DNA of 55,840 bases from NCBI RefSeq assembly GCF_001194135.2, contig NC_068995.1:15178626-15234465 (forward strand). The letters run 5' to 3'. Source of the DNA: Octopus bimaculoides. Taxonomy: Eukaryota. Numbering within the stretch: position 1 is the first letter of the stretch; every line of letters starts with the position of its first letter. Below the pieces are notes generated by a model. The model saw nothing but the letters and a program-made list of their open reading frames with translations, was not told the DNA's origin and did no database searches. Positions 1-11,976 of this stretch are shown piece by piece. The position numbers and the translations under genes were made by a program.

Positions 1-89
1 AGTGTATATATACATATATATATAAATATATGTATAAGTGTATATATACATATATATATAAATATATGTATAAGTATATATATACATAC

Positions 90-125
<36 letters not shown>

Positions 126-288
126 TCATCATTTAACGTCCGCTTTCCATGCTAGCATGGAAAGCGGGCGTTAAACGATTATATATATATATATGTGTGT
201 ATGTATATATACACTTATACATATATATATATATGTATATACACTTATACATATATGTATATATACACTTATACATACATACATATGC

Positions 289-321
<33 letters not shown>

Positions 322-336
322 CATACATACATATGC

Positions 337-371
<35 letters not shown>

Positions 372-400
372 AATATATGTGTGTGTGTGTGTGTGTAAAG
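1..400. repeat. Compound (TA)n/(TACA)n/(CA)n microsatellite with a central palindrome
   Basis: Read directly from the sequence. Confidence 0.95.
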
Positions 401-886
401 ACTGTGCTGTTACAGTAGCTGGTGTTTAAATCAAGTCACTAAAAATGGTGACTGATGATGCAAATAAACTATTGGAAGATTTCTTTTTTATTTTCTCATT
501 TTTCTTTTTGTTTTCATAACTTAAACGTATTGTTTTCTTCTGTTGCATTTGCATAATGTATCAAACACACATCATCAGACAATAAAATGGTAATTAAGCA
601 ATTACCTTTTAATCCTTTTGTTACCATATTTCTATTAAAATACTCTACTTCATTTCAATTCATTTTTAAAACTGTGAAGAATTTAGAAAAATAACTTCGT
701 CATTATCATATTTTGATGGAAGGTCTTAATTTAGATAACCTTAAAATGTGAAGTTTTTGTCTTGGAACCAGATTAATTACTTGTAGGGACACTGTAATCC
801 ATTATGCAATCATAATATACTACAGAGCATCTTAAATGCTTTACAAGTCAATACTGTGTCCTACTATGTTAGCAGTGCTATTAAAT

Positions 887-973
887 CACTTGTTAAGTTT
901 ATCTCTACAGATTTTCTGTAGAAATTATATCCAGCTGGCTACAGAAAATCTGTAGACATAACCTTAACAAGTG
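887..973. repeat. 35-bp inverted repeat whose arms each contain an internal palindrome
   Basis: cacttgttaagtttatctctacagattttctgtag versus the reverse complement of 939-973 (2 mismatches); 17-nt spacer. Confidence 0.85.
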
Positions 974-1271
974 GCCTAGAATGAGAGATGATTCCGGGTG
1001 GGTTAATATGGTAAAGGTTAAGTATTTGCCAGAATTTCAGGCAGTTTCAACTTTTGTGCAATTTTAAGTTTTTATCTCTTTTATTTTTTTTTTGTGAAAA
1101 TTTATTGATTTCTTTTTGGCTGTGTGGTAAGAAGCTTGCCTCCCAAACACATGGCTCCAGGTTCAGTCCCACTGCATGACACCTTGGGCAACTGACATCT
1201 ACAATAGCCTTGATTCAACCAAAGCCTTGTGAGTGAATTTGGTAGGTGGAAACTGAAAGAATCCCATCATA

Positions 1272-1465
1272 CAGGGTGCGTAAGGTATTTGAGGACATAA
1301 CTTTTTTTGGGTCATTGCTGCATTTTTTTCTAACTCTGTATAATTATAATCTTTGTTTCAGAAAATAATAATGGCAGACCCTCAGCTTACTCGAGAAATG
1401 AAGAGGCATGCTGCTATTGTGGTTCTAAAAGCTGTGCATAGTGATTTAGAAATATCAGCATGAAA
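1272..1465 (+). mobile_element. 5' fragment of a Tc1/mariner-superfamily transposon
   Basis: Begins TA|CAGGGTGCG; ATG at 1371 gives MADPQLTREMKRHAAIVVLKAVHSDLEISA*, resembling an N-terminal HTH start; adjoins a family-B SINE. Confidence 0.5.
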
Positions 1466-3207
1466 TACAGGTGCAAAACTCAATTTTACCAGCAGAGTGG
1501 ACCGAGAAACACTTCTTTAAAGTCTAATGGCTTGTGAGAGTCACACAAACCTGCACAGGTTTGTTGTCAGCAAAGTGAGATAAGTGTGAAAGTTAGTGTG
1601 CAGGTTGGTACATGTCAGGGCTCAGGTCTTAGTCTTTTTCAGCTTATTATAGTAATATCTAAGCTACAACAAAGTAGTTGAGGTGAAGTAGTAAGAGTAA
1701 CATTGAAGATACTGTAATTAGCAAATAGCGTAGTTATCAAAAAGATAGACTCAATAATTAGCAAAAGGCAAGACTGGTAATTAGTAATAGAGCCAATAAG
1801 TAGAAATACAGTATTGATTACATGGTTTATAAAGACAGATACACAAAGAACCACACACACGTACATACATAGACACTAGCACACTAATAGACAGATAGAC
1901 TCAAAATTAAAAAAAAAAACAATAAAAAAAACCTGACATTCTGTCAGTTATGACGACGATGATTCCAGGTAATCCAACCAATTAGCTTGCTTGTGAAATT
2001 AATGTTCAAGTGGCTGAGCATTCCACAGGTATGCATACCCTTAACAGTTCTCAGGGAGATTCCGAATGACACAAGGCTGGCCTTTTGAAATACAGGAACT
2101 AATCATTTTTGCCAGCTGAGTGGACTGGAGCAACGTGAAATAAAGTGTCTTGCTCAAGTGCCCAATGCACCACTTGGAATTGAACTCACGATCGTAATGT
2201 CGTGAACCGATTACCCTTAGCCACTAAGCCACGCCACCTTTACAGACTCAAACTTTCATACTGAGAGAGAGAAAGAAAGAGATAGATATACTCAGATTGA
2301 GAGAAAGACATGCACATATTACTAACGAGACACAGATGAGTGCGTGCGCTCGCAAACACACATAAACACGCTACCACAGGCACCTCTATTGAGAGACACA
2401 CTAACACGCAGATCAACAAATACACACTGAGAGACATTGAGACATACATTCTCCCGTCCACCCATACCAACACACATTAAAAAACTGGAACACACTCACA
2501 CTACACATACTGAGACACACAAAGACAAACACACACACATACAGACACAGATACCTATAACAAGACAGGTATACACACACAAAATTTCAACTGAAATCGT
2601 TTTGTTATTTAATATTTGCATGCGTGTGTGCTGGTGCATGCTCTGTATATCCGGTTGGTGTGATAGTTGGTCGGTCGGTAATCTGTCTCCCATCTACTTT
2701 CTCACAACCTTTGACCCTGAGAAACAAATCAACAACAACAAAATAAAGAATTAACAGAAAATGTGATAAACATTTTTTTATTCATTAATTTTATGGAGTG
2801 GGTGATGGTGGTAGTGGTGTCTATTGACTCGCAATCTATTGTCGTTGTCGTGTATAATAAAAGAAGCCATCGGTGAAAAAAATTATTGAAAAAGTCAGCA
2901 GTGGTAAATATTATGAAATAGATTATTAAATGTTTTGAGAGAAAAAATATTAATGAAAGTGAGTAAATATTTCTTGTCTGCTTGCATAGAATATACAGGA
3001 TCTTTTTGGGGACAGAACTACAATGTTTAAATAATACTCATAATAATAATAATAAATCCTTTTTACTAAAAGCACAAAGCCTGAAATTTTGCGGGAGGAG
3101 GCCAGTCAATTGCCTCAACCCCAGTGCTTAACTGGTACTTATTTCATCGACCACGAAAGGATGAAAGGCAAAGTCGACCTTGGCAGAATCTAATAATATT
3201 AATAATA

Positions 3208-3512
3208 ATAGAGGTAACTCGAATGTGGAATCTAAAAACAGAAACAATTCCTATCATAGTAGGTGCTTTAGGTATAATAAAAAAATATTCAGACAAATAC
3301 ATAACAAAAACACCAGGACTTGCAAATATATATAACATACAGAAAATTGCAATTACTGGGCACTGCACGCATCCTATGCAAAACACTTTCAATATAGTAA
3401 CCATAAGAGCATCACAGCAAACCACAGCACATACCCAAGGCACACAGAGCTGCGCTCGGGTGTGAAGTGAAAGCACGTTATAAAAATAAAACTACTGAAC
3501 AATGATAATAAT
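3208..3512 (+). mobile_element. Short 3' end of a second R4/Dong-type LINE family
   Basis: EVTRMWNLKTETIPIIVGALGIIKK...IQKIA parallels the C-terminus of the 15.9 kb element; followed by a 3' UTR and flanked by AAT tracts. Confidence 0.7.
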
Positions 3513-4403
3513 TTTGGCACAAGGGCAGCCAGATCGGAAGAGAATTTAAGTGGATTGCATCGACCCCAGTATTCAACTGGTACTTATTGACCCCCAAAAA
3601 GGATGAAGGGCAAAGTCGACTTTGGTGGAATTTGAACACAGAACGTAAAGACTGATGAAATGTCGCTAAGCATTTCACCTGGTGTGCTAATGATTCTGCC
3701 AGCTTACCACCTTAAACATAATAACAACAACAATAATGATAATAATTGCTTCAAATTTTGGCACAAGGCTAGTAATTTTTTGGTGAGGTGTTTAGTCGAC
3801 ACCATTTGACTGGTACTTTATTTTATTGACCCAGGAGGTCTACATTAGCAGAAATTTAAACTGGAAATGTAAAGAGACAGATTCTGTCGTGAAATGCCTC
3901 TAAGCATTTAGTCCAATATGCTAATTAGTTTCAAGGTTGGCATTAGCAGGATCTGAACTCAGAGAGAAACCCTAACTAAATTCTTTGAAGCAGTTTGTCT
4001 GCCTACTCTACCAGCTCTGTCAACCACCACTATCAATAATAATAATAATAATAATAATCCTTTCTATTGTAGGCACAAGGCCTGAAGTTTGGGGAAAGGG
4101 ATTAAGTTGATCCCATCAACTCCATTGTGTAACTGGTACTTATTTAATTGACCCTGAAAGGATGAAAGGCAAAGTTGACCTCGGCAGAATTTGAACTCAG
4201 AACGTAGCAACAGGAGAAATACTACTAAGCATTTTGCCTGGCGTGCTAACAATTCTGCCAACTCACCACCTTAATAATAATAATAATAACAACAACAACA
4301 GTAGTAATTTTTAGCACTTGCTTCAGTAGTGCTAATACTACTACTTTTGTTAATAATAGTAATTTTAAAATATTGTTAATAATGACCTACATTGCAAGAA
4401 ATA

Positions 4404-4409
4404 TTTATT
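4404..4409 (-). terminator. Candidate polyadenylation signal for MGST3
   Basis: AATAAA on the minus strand about 67 nt after the stop codon, in AT-rich sequence. Confidence 0.5.
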
Positions 4410-4475
4410 TATTATTTTATTTAATTTTCTTTCAATACAATAAGTGAAAAAAAAAAAAAATCTTTGTGGATGGAT

Positions 4476-4573
4476 TTACTTAGAAATAAGTTGAATTGCC
4501 ACCATTACACTCATTGCAAGTAGGGGCAGCAAGCCAGCATAGCTTAGTGCTCCAGGACGTCGCTTCTCAGGAT
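4476..4573 (-). CDS. MGST3: MGST3 coding exon 5 (DPEKRRPG...LISK*)
   Basis: Acceptor poly-T-cAG; TAA stop at 4478-4476. Confidence 0.93.
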
Positions 4574-7500
4574 CTGAAAAAAAAAAAAAGAAAATAATAA
4601 TAACACTACTACTAATAATAATAATAATAACACTGTATAACACAATTTTTGTCCTTGCGTAGAAACTTATTACCTATTTGCTTACCCCAAGAGAGTATGA
4701 AAAATGGTTAATATTTCCTTCAAATTTTGCTTTTGTTACATTGATTCAAACCCCAAAGAATCCCTCTCAACATATGGCTATGATGCACACGCATCCCCTT
4801 AAAAAAACAATGGTGAAGTCTGGAACTGTCTTTGATCATAGGTCAGCTTAATTAAGCCTGACCTAAGGTCAAACATCAATCAATGCAAGACAAGGAAGCT
4901 GAGCCTTATCGGGCAGAAGAAACTGGTGGAGTTTGAAGTTTATCTTGACATTTAGTGGCTGTAAACAGATATTACAGCTTACAGAAATAAAAGAAAATAC
5001 CTCCAGTAATCTAATACAAGGTTAGCAGTCATCAGTTGTTTTAGCTAACAGAGAAAGAAGCAAGGGAAATTTGGTTGTTTATCAGTCTTTCAGTTGTTTT
5101 AGCTAATGGAGGGAAGTTAGACAGGCAGAAGTCCGTCTTGGAATGCGAGAACGGAATTCAAAAATGATGAAATAAAGGTAATATCATCATCATCATCATC
5201 ATCATTGTTTAACGTCCGCCTTCCATGCTGGCAGGGGTTGGATGGTTTGACAAGAGCCAGTCAGATAGAAGACTACACTAGGCTTCTGTGTCTGTTTTGG
5301 CATGGTTTTTTTTTATGGCTGGATGCCCTTCCTAACACCATGCGTGTAGTTTTTAAGGGAAAGGGTTAATCAATATCATTGACCTCAGTACATGACTGGT
5401 ATATTGTTTTACCAATCCTACAAAGATGAAAGGCAAATTTAACCTCGGTAAGATTTGAACTCAAAATATAAAAAACCACAACACTTTTTTCCAACATTTT
5501 AATGATTCTGCCAGCATGCTGCCTTAGCAAGTCACAATAATGGTTGTTTTTTAATTCAGGTCAGCCCCAACTGAACAGATCTATAATCAAAGGCATTCCG
5601 CCCATGACCATCCCATCCTATTTTTGGGCATTGCATTTCTAGGACTGAAAGCATGGTATGGTCAAAATTAAAAAGTTAAATGAAGTCTTGGGTTCAACCC
5701 CACTGCATGGCATCTTCAACAAATATCTTTTATCACAGCATTAAGTCAACTGAAAGCCTTGTCAATGGAAACTGTGTAGAAGCCTGCCATGTGTAGTGTA
5801 CCTGTAATTCGAAGGTGCAGCTTTGCCACATACTGTGTCATGCAAATTTGGCTGTAAATTACGTTAACTATACACATGGAGTATTCAGCCACATAGACAT
5901 TAATTTAATGGATAGAAATTTCATTTGATCAAGCAACTGCTCATTGTCAAAACTGGCAGAGAATCTATTACTAACATCATTGTCATCTTAGAGTAGATTA
6001 GCTAATATACTCTTCCTGGTATTTATCCATCCAGGTTACATCCCTTTATGCCAAGGTGGACTTAGCCATTTGATAGACATTGATAAAATATGAATCAGAC
6101 AAAGTATTGGGATTGATACTTGTAGGTGATGCTCCAGCATGGCTACAGTCTAATGACTGAAACCTGAAATAACAGAATGCTTCCAGAATATTCTTACCTC
6201 CAGTGTAGTAACCTTTAGCATAGATTACTTTGCCAATAATCCACAGAGCTCCACAAATAGCAGTGACAATCTACAAAATAAAATAGATACAAAGCATTTA
6301 AAAACAGTGCTTAAAGGTATTAGTTAACCAATTTGTACCATATTTCATATTTTTAGTTTTTGTTTGAATTTTGAAAATAATAAAAAAAAATTAAGTCTTT
6401 AGAACATAATTAAATTTTTGTTCTTATTGATCCTTTTGTTACCCTATTTTTATTGAAATACACTGCCTTCATTACTATTAATTTGAAGAATTTAGTCAAA
6501 TCACTTGCCATAAATTGTGGTATTTGGAACATAACTTAACATGAAAACTTGATGGAATGTTTCAATTTATATTCGTTTAACCTTTTAATATTTAAACCAG
6601 CCACATCTGGTCAAAATATTCTACCTGTTTTATGTTCAGACCGACTAGATCCTGCCTCTCACACCTACCCTACAATGTCATTCTAAAAATTAAACAATGA
6701 CATCGTCGAAATGATGAAGCCGCAAGATATAAAACATGATTAATTCAAAACAATGTGAATGTATAATAAGCGTTACATTTAACAGAGTAATCATCATTTA
6801 GCATCTGTTTTCCATGCTGGCATGGGTTAGCTGGTTTGACTGGAACTGGTAAGCCAGAGAGATGTGCCAGGTTCCAGTTTGATTTTGGTTTGGTTTCTAC
6901 AGCTGGATGCTCTTCCTGACACTAACCACTCCAAAAGTGCAGAGAGTGCCTTTTATGTGTCACTGTCACTGGCACAGGTGCTTTTACACAATACTGAACA
7001 CTAAAGAGTTATGACAGGAAGTGTTTATTATAGAATTAGGGCTGGTCTCAAGTGGATCAGTTTCAAAAGGTTTGACATGAATTAATCCATTTGCTCAACA
7101 TATTCATTTTTCAGTTAGTTTTATTTCAATTTTGAAAATAATAAAAAAAAAAAATTTTTTTTTTCTTTATCAAATTGATGTTTGGAACACAACAAAATAA
7201 AATTATCTTAAATAAAAGATCTTAATCAAAAAATGAATTCTTTAAACAGCAATCATCATCATCGTTTAACGTCCGCTTTCCATGCTAGCATGGGTTGGAC
7301 GATTTGACTGAGGACTGGTGAACCAGATGGCTACACCAGGCTCCAATCTGATTTGGCAGAGTTTCTACAACTGGATGTCCTTCCTAACGCCAACCACTCT
7401 GAGAGTGTAGTGGGTGCTTTTACGTGCCACTGGTACAAGGGCCAGTCACACGGTACTGGCAACGGCCACGCTCAAAATGGTGTATTTTACGTGCCAGTTT

Positions 7501-10392
7501 CAGTTAAATTAAAAAATGATTAAGAATTTAGAAGAATTTTGTAAATTAACTAATTGTTTTCCTTAATAAGCCAGTGTTGGGTCCATCATCATTAACCTCA
7601 CCATCACTGTCATTAATGTTCTTATGTCAGCTTCTCTCTTTCTGACATGGGTTGGACAGAACTTCTTGAAAAAGTATTCTATGCCAGACATTCCTCCTGA
7701 TACTAAACCTTACTTTTTCAAGTAAAGTACCTTATTGCCAGTGCCAAGCTCATGTTGGTGGCACGTTAAAAGCACCCAGCACACACTGTAAAGTGGTTGG
7801 TGTTAGGAAAGGCATCTAGTCATAGAATCCAAGCTAAGTCAAACTGGAGCCTGGTGCAGCTCTCTGATTTGCTAGCTCCGATCAAACCATCCAACCCATG
7901 CCAGCACAGAAAATGGATACTAAAGGATGATGATGATGATTCCACTGGTCTTTACACGTCAAAATGCCAAATTGTAGGGCATATTGTTTTATGTAGGTCA
8001 GAGACAAATGTTAGCATTGCCCAAGAGCTGTGTCAATGCAAAAACAGATGAAGACATGACCCAATGAAGTATTACAACATAAATGCTGAAGTGTGTGTGT
8101 GTGTGTGTGCATGGTGAAGAAGTATAGAGAAAAATATGATGCGCTTAAAGATTTGATGTCTTGGGACAATCAATCAATAAGCAGAATTCTTGTAAAACAT
8201 ACACACATATACCAGAAAATATTGAAAATACAGGGTGTCCATAAATTACCTTTACAATTAGAAAAAATTCAGAAATAAAGCATAATTCCATTTTACACAT
8301 TTTTATTTTTTGGAATTTTCAGGAAGTTTTTGGAAATTAATGACTATGCAAAAAAAAAAAAGTTTTTAGAAACCTCACAACACTTCTATGAGAGCTTTAT
8401 TGATTGTATACAACACATCTACTCAAAACAATACAATTTATTGTGGAGGTTGTAAAGATAATTTATGAACACCCTGTACGTACACATACAAGCACACACA
8501 CATAATAAAAAAGTAAATTTCTTACAGGATAAAAGAGTCCAACAAATCCCAGAAGCATAAGAAATATGGGGTAGCCTTCAAGTCTGGAATTAAAAATAAA
8601 TAATAATAGAAATCATAGAAAATTTTTTTAAATTGTTGAATATTTATTGTTTATTTCATATACAAAATATATTTAATGATATTTTTCATGTCTAGTGGCA
8701 TTTCTTCTTAGTTCAAACCACTTCAAAGTTAACATTACTTTTCATTTTTCTTTATGGAGTTCATCATCATCATATTTTAACATCTGTTTTCCATGCTGGC
8801 ATGGGTTAGACAGTTTGACTGGAGCTGGTAAACTAGGGAGCTGTACCAGGTTCCAGTCTGTTTTGGCTTGGTTACTATGGCTGGATACTCTTCCTCATGC
8901 CAGCTACTCCATAGAGTGTACTGGGTTTCTTTTATGTGTCACTGGCAAGAGTGCCTTTTACATGTCATGAACAAAGTACCAGTCAAACGCTGGTGTCAAT
9001 TTAACAGTCTCACGCCTTCCCACCAGATTTGTGGCCTTGTACCTATGCTAGAAATTAATATAGCTACCTAATGACATGCATTTGTTGTTTCTGACAATGT
9101 AAAAGATGAGATGATAATTCTTGATCAAATTGGTTTAAACTTGCACGTTAATTTCATGAGCTGGCTGTTCTGTTGATCAGATTGACTGGAACCCTTGTTT
9201 TCATAACAGAGTACAAGTTTTAATATGATAATAGAATTATATTGTAATAAAAGAATTTTATGATGAATATCATATAAAATGATATGAAAATTTAATGTAA
9301 CTATGGGTTAATATGTGGAGGCATATGGCCTAGTGGTTAGAGCAGTGGACTCGCAGTTGAGGGATCACAGGTTTGAATCTCAGACCAGGCAATGTGTATG
9401 TTTATGAGAAAAAACACCTAAGCTCCACGTGACTCCAGCAAAAGGTAAGTGGAGGCACATGGCCTAATGGTTAGAGCAGTGGACTTGCGGTCGAGGATCC
9501 CGGGTTCGAATCTCAGACTAGGTGATGTGTGTGTTTATGAGCAAGAAATACCTAAGCTCCACACGGCTCCGGCAGAAGGTAATGATAGACCTCTACTGAC
9601 TGTCGCCACAACTTTCTCTCACTCTTTCTTCTTGCATCTAGCAGCTCACCTGTGGGAACCTATATGCCAATGAAACTGGGAAACCGGCCTTTATAAGCTA
9701 AGCAGGGCTTGAGAAGGAACAAACAAAAAAACAACAATGGGTAAATGTGGTAAAACAATTCAATAAATTATAGAGTCAATAAGTTTTAAGATACTTTGTG
9801 GATTTAATATAACTATATGGATTAGGTCGGTGAGCTGGCAGAACTGTTAGGATACCAGGCAAAATACTTAGTGGCATTTCAGCTGTCTGTACTTTCTGAG
9901 TTCAAATTCCACTGAGGTCAACTTCGCCTTTCATCCTTCCGAAGTTGATAAAATAAGTGCCAGTTGATCACTGAGATCTATGGAATTGCTGGCTTTGTGC
10001 CAAAATTTGAAACCAATATAGCTACATGAATTTAGAATGAAATGAAGACTCTTATAAGATCCACCCAATTCACTAGAAGTAAAAGACAAAAACATTATAT
10101 ATTGTATGTAATAGAATAATGTTCATTCTTGGTTGTAGCAATAGCATAAAGTTGTAGATAGAGCAAAGTTCACAGTTGTTATTTCACAAGACAGTGACCT
10201 AACACATGCAGTATATTCTGATTTACTGATAAACTGTTTAAAATCATGTGGTTACAATTTACATATTGCAGTATGTCATTGCTGCACACTTTCTCTAATC
10301 ACTATATATATGCCACAATTTTCTAGCAGCTCGTAATGAAATAAATTTTATTCTCAACCATCACTCCTACCGTTTGCATCATCATCATCATC

Positions 10393-10426
<34 letters not shown>

Positions 10427-11506
10427 TCATTGCTCTTTAGCCAAAGAGTAAGACAATCTGTTGCCCAGCTTAACATTTTCATCTGGTCTTCGAGTACCTT
10501 TAGTGGAGCCCACTCTGTGGTAAGCATTCAGGCAGATTATTTATCTGAAGATGACTTCCTCCCTTGGCCCCATCAGACTTGGAACCCCTGAAAAGGGCCA
10601 AGAGCACTCACCTTCTCCTTCTATGAAAAGCAATTAGAAAACTTCTTGTCAAAAAAAAAAAAAGAAAATTACACTGACTTTTTATGAAATAATCATTTTA
10701 TGTATTTAAATTTATTCAAAGAACAGAAAAACCATTACTATCACCATCTTCATTATCATTATCATTTTAGGAAGGGCATCCTTGGCATTAGGAAGGGCAT
10801 CCAGCTGTAGAAACTCTGCCAGATCAGATTGGAGCCTGGTGCAGCCATCTGGTTCACCAGTCCTCAGTCAAATCGTCCAACCCATGCTAGCATGGAAAGC
10901 GGACGTTAAACAATGATGATGATTTTAATGATCAATTATCAATTTATTGAGGTGGACTCTCTATGGCTGAATGCTGTTCTTGTTGTCAATCCTCACCGGT
11001 TTCCAAGCAAGGTAATATTTCCCCATGACAAGGCAGTGAACAAGCAGAACTTTTATCACACAGGGCAAAATGCTCAGTGGTATTTCATCCAATCTTTATA
11101 TTCTGAGTTCAAATTCTGCCGAGGTCAACTTTGCCTTTCATCCTTTCGAGGTCGTCAATAAAATATGTATCAGTTGAGCATTGAAGTAAATGTTATTGAC
11201 TTACCCGACTCTAAACATTGCTGGCCCTGTGCCAAAATTTGAAACCAATATTTCCCCATGACTACACATGTTTTTACAGAAGATGGGAAATAAAGGAAAC
11301 CGTTTGCATAACAGTGGTGCTTGTTTACAATTATTATCCAAAGTCAAGGCAAAGAGACAGAAACGAACACACCAAACACACACATACAACCGGCTTCTTT
11401 CAGTTTCAATCTATATAAATATACACATACATACATACATATACATACATAAATATAAATACAAATATATACATACATATATAAATACAAATGTATACAT
11501 ATTTAA

Positions 11507-11566
<60 letters not shown>

Positions 11567-11930
11567 AAATATATGCATGGCTGTGTGGTAAGATGGTTCT
11601 GGGATGATTTGTAGCACCTTGGGCAAGTGTCTTCTACTATAGCCTCAGATCAAAGCTTTGTCAGTGGATTTGGTAGATGGAAACTGAAAGAAGCCCGCTG
11701 TATATGTATATATTTACGTATGTGTGTGTGTCTGCCTCCCAACATTGCTTGACAATCAATGTTGGTGTGTTTACATCCCTGTAACTTAGCAGTTTGGTAA
11801 AAAAAGAATGATAGACTAAGTACTAGGCTTACAAAGAATAAGTCCTGGGGTCAATTTTCTTCGACTAAAAACCTTTTAAGGCGGTGCTCCAGTATGGCCA
11901 TAGTCAAACGACTGATGCAAGAAAAATAAT

Positions 11931-11976
<46 letters not shown>

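Noticed and set aside
133-429. YI/CV/HT-repeat ORFs (also at 11.3-11.6, 15.5, 25.6-26.3, 42.1 and 47.7-48.3 kb)
   Set aside because: These are translations of TA/CA/GA microsatellites with no splice or homology support.
9317-9510. tRNA genes at SINE heads
   Set aside because: A/B boxes are present, but there is no complete cloverleaf or acceptor stem, and the heads continue into SINE bodies.
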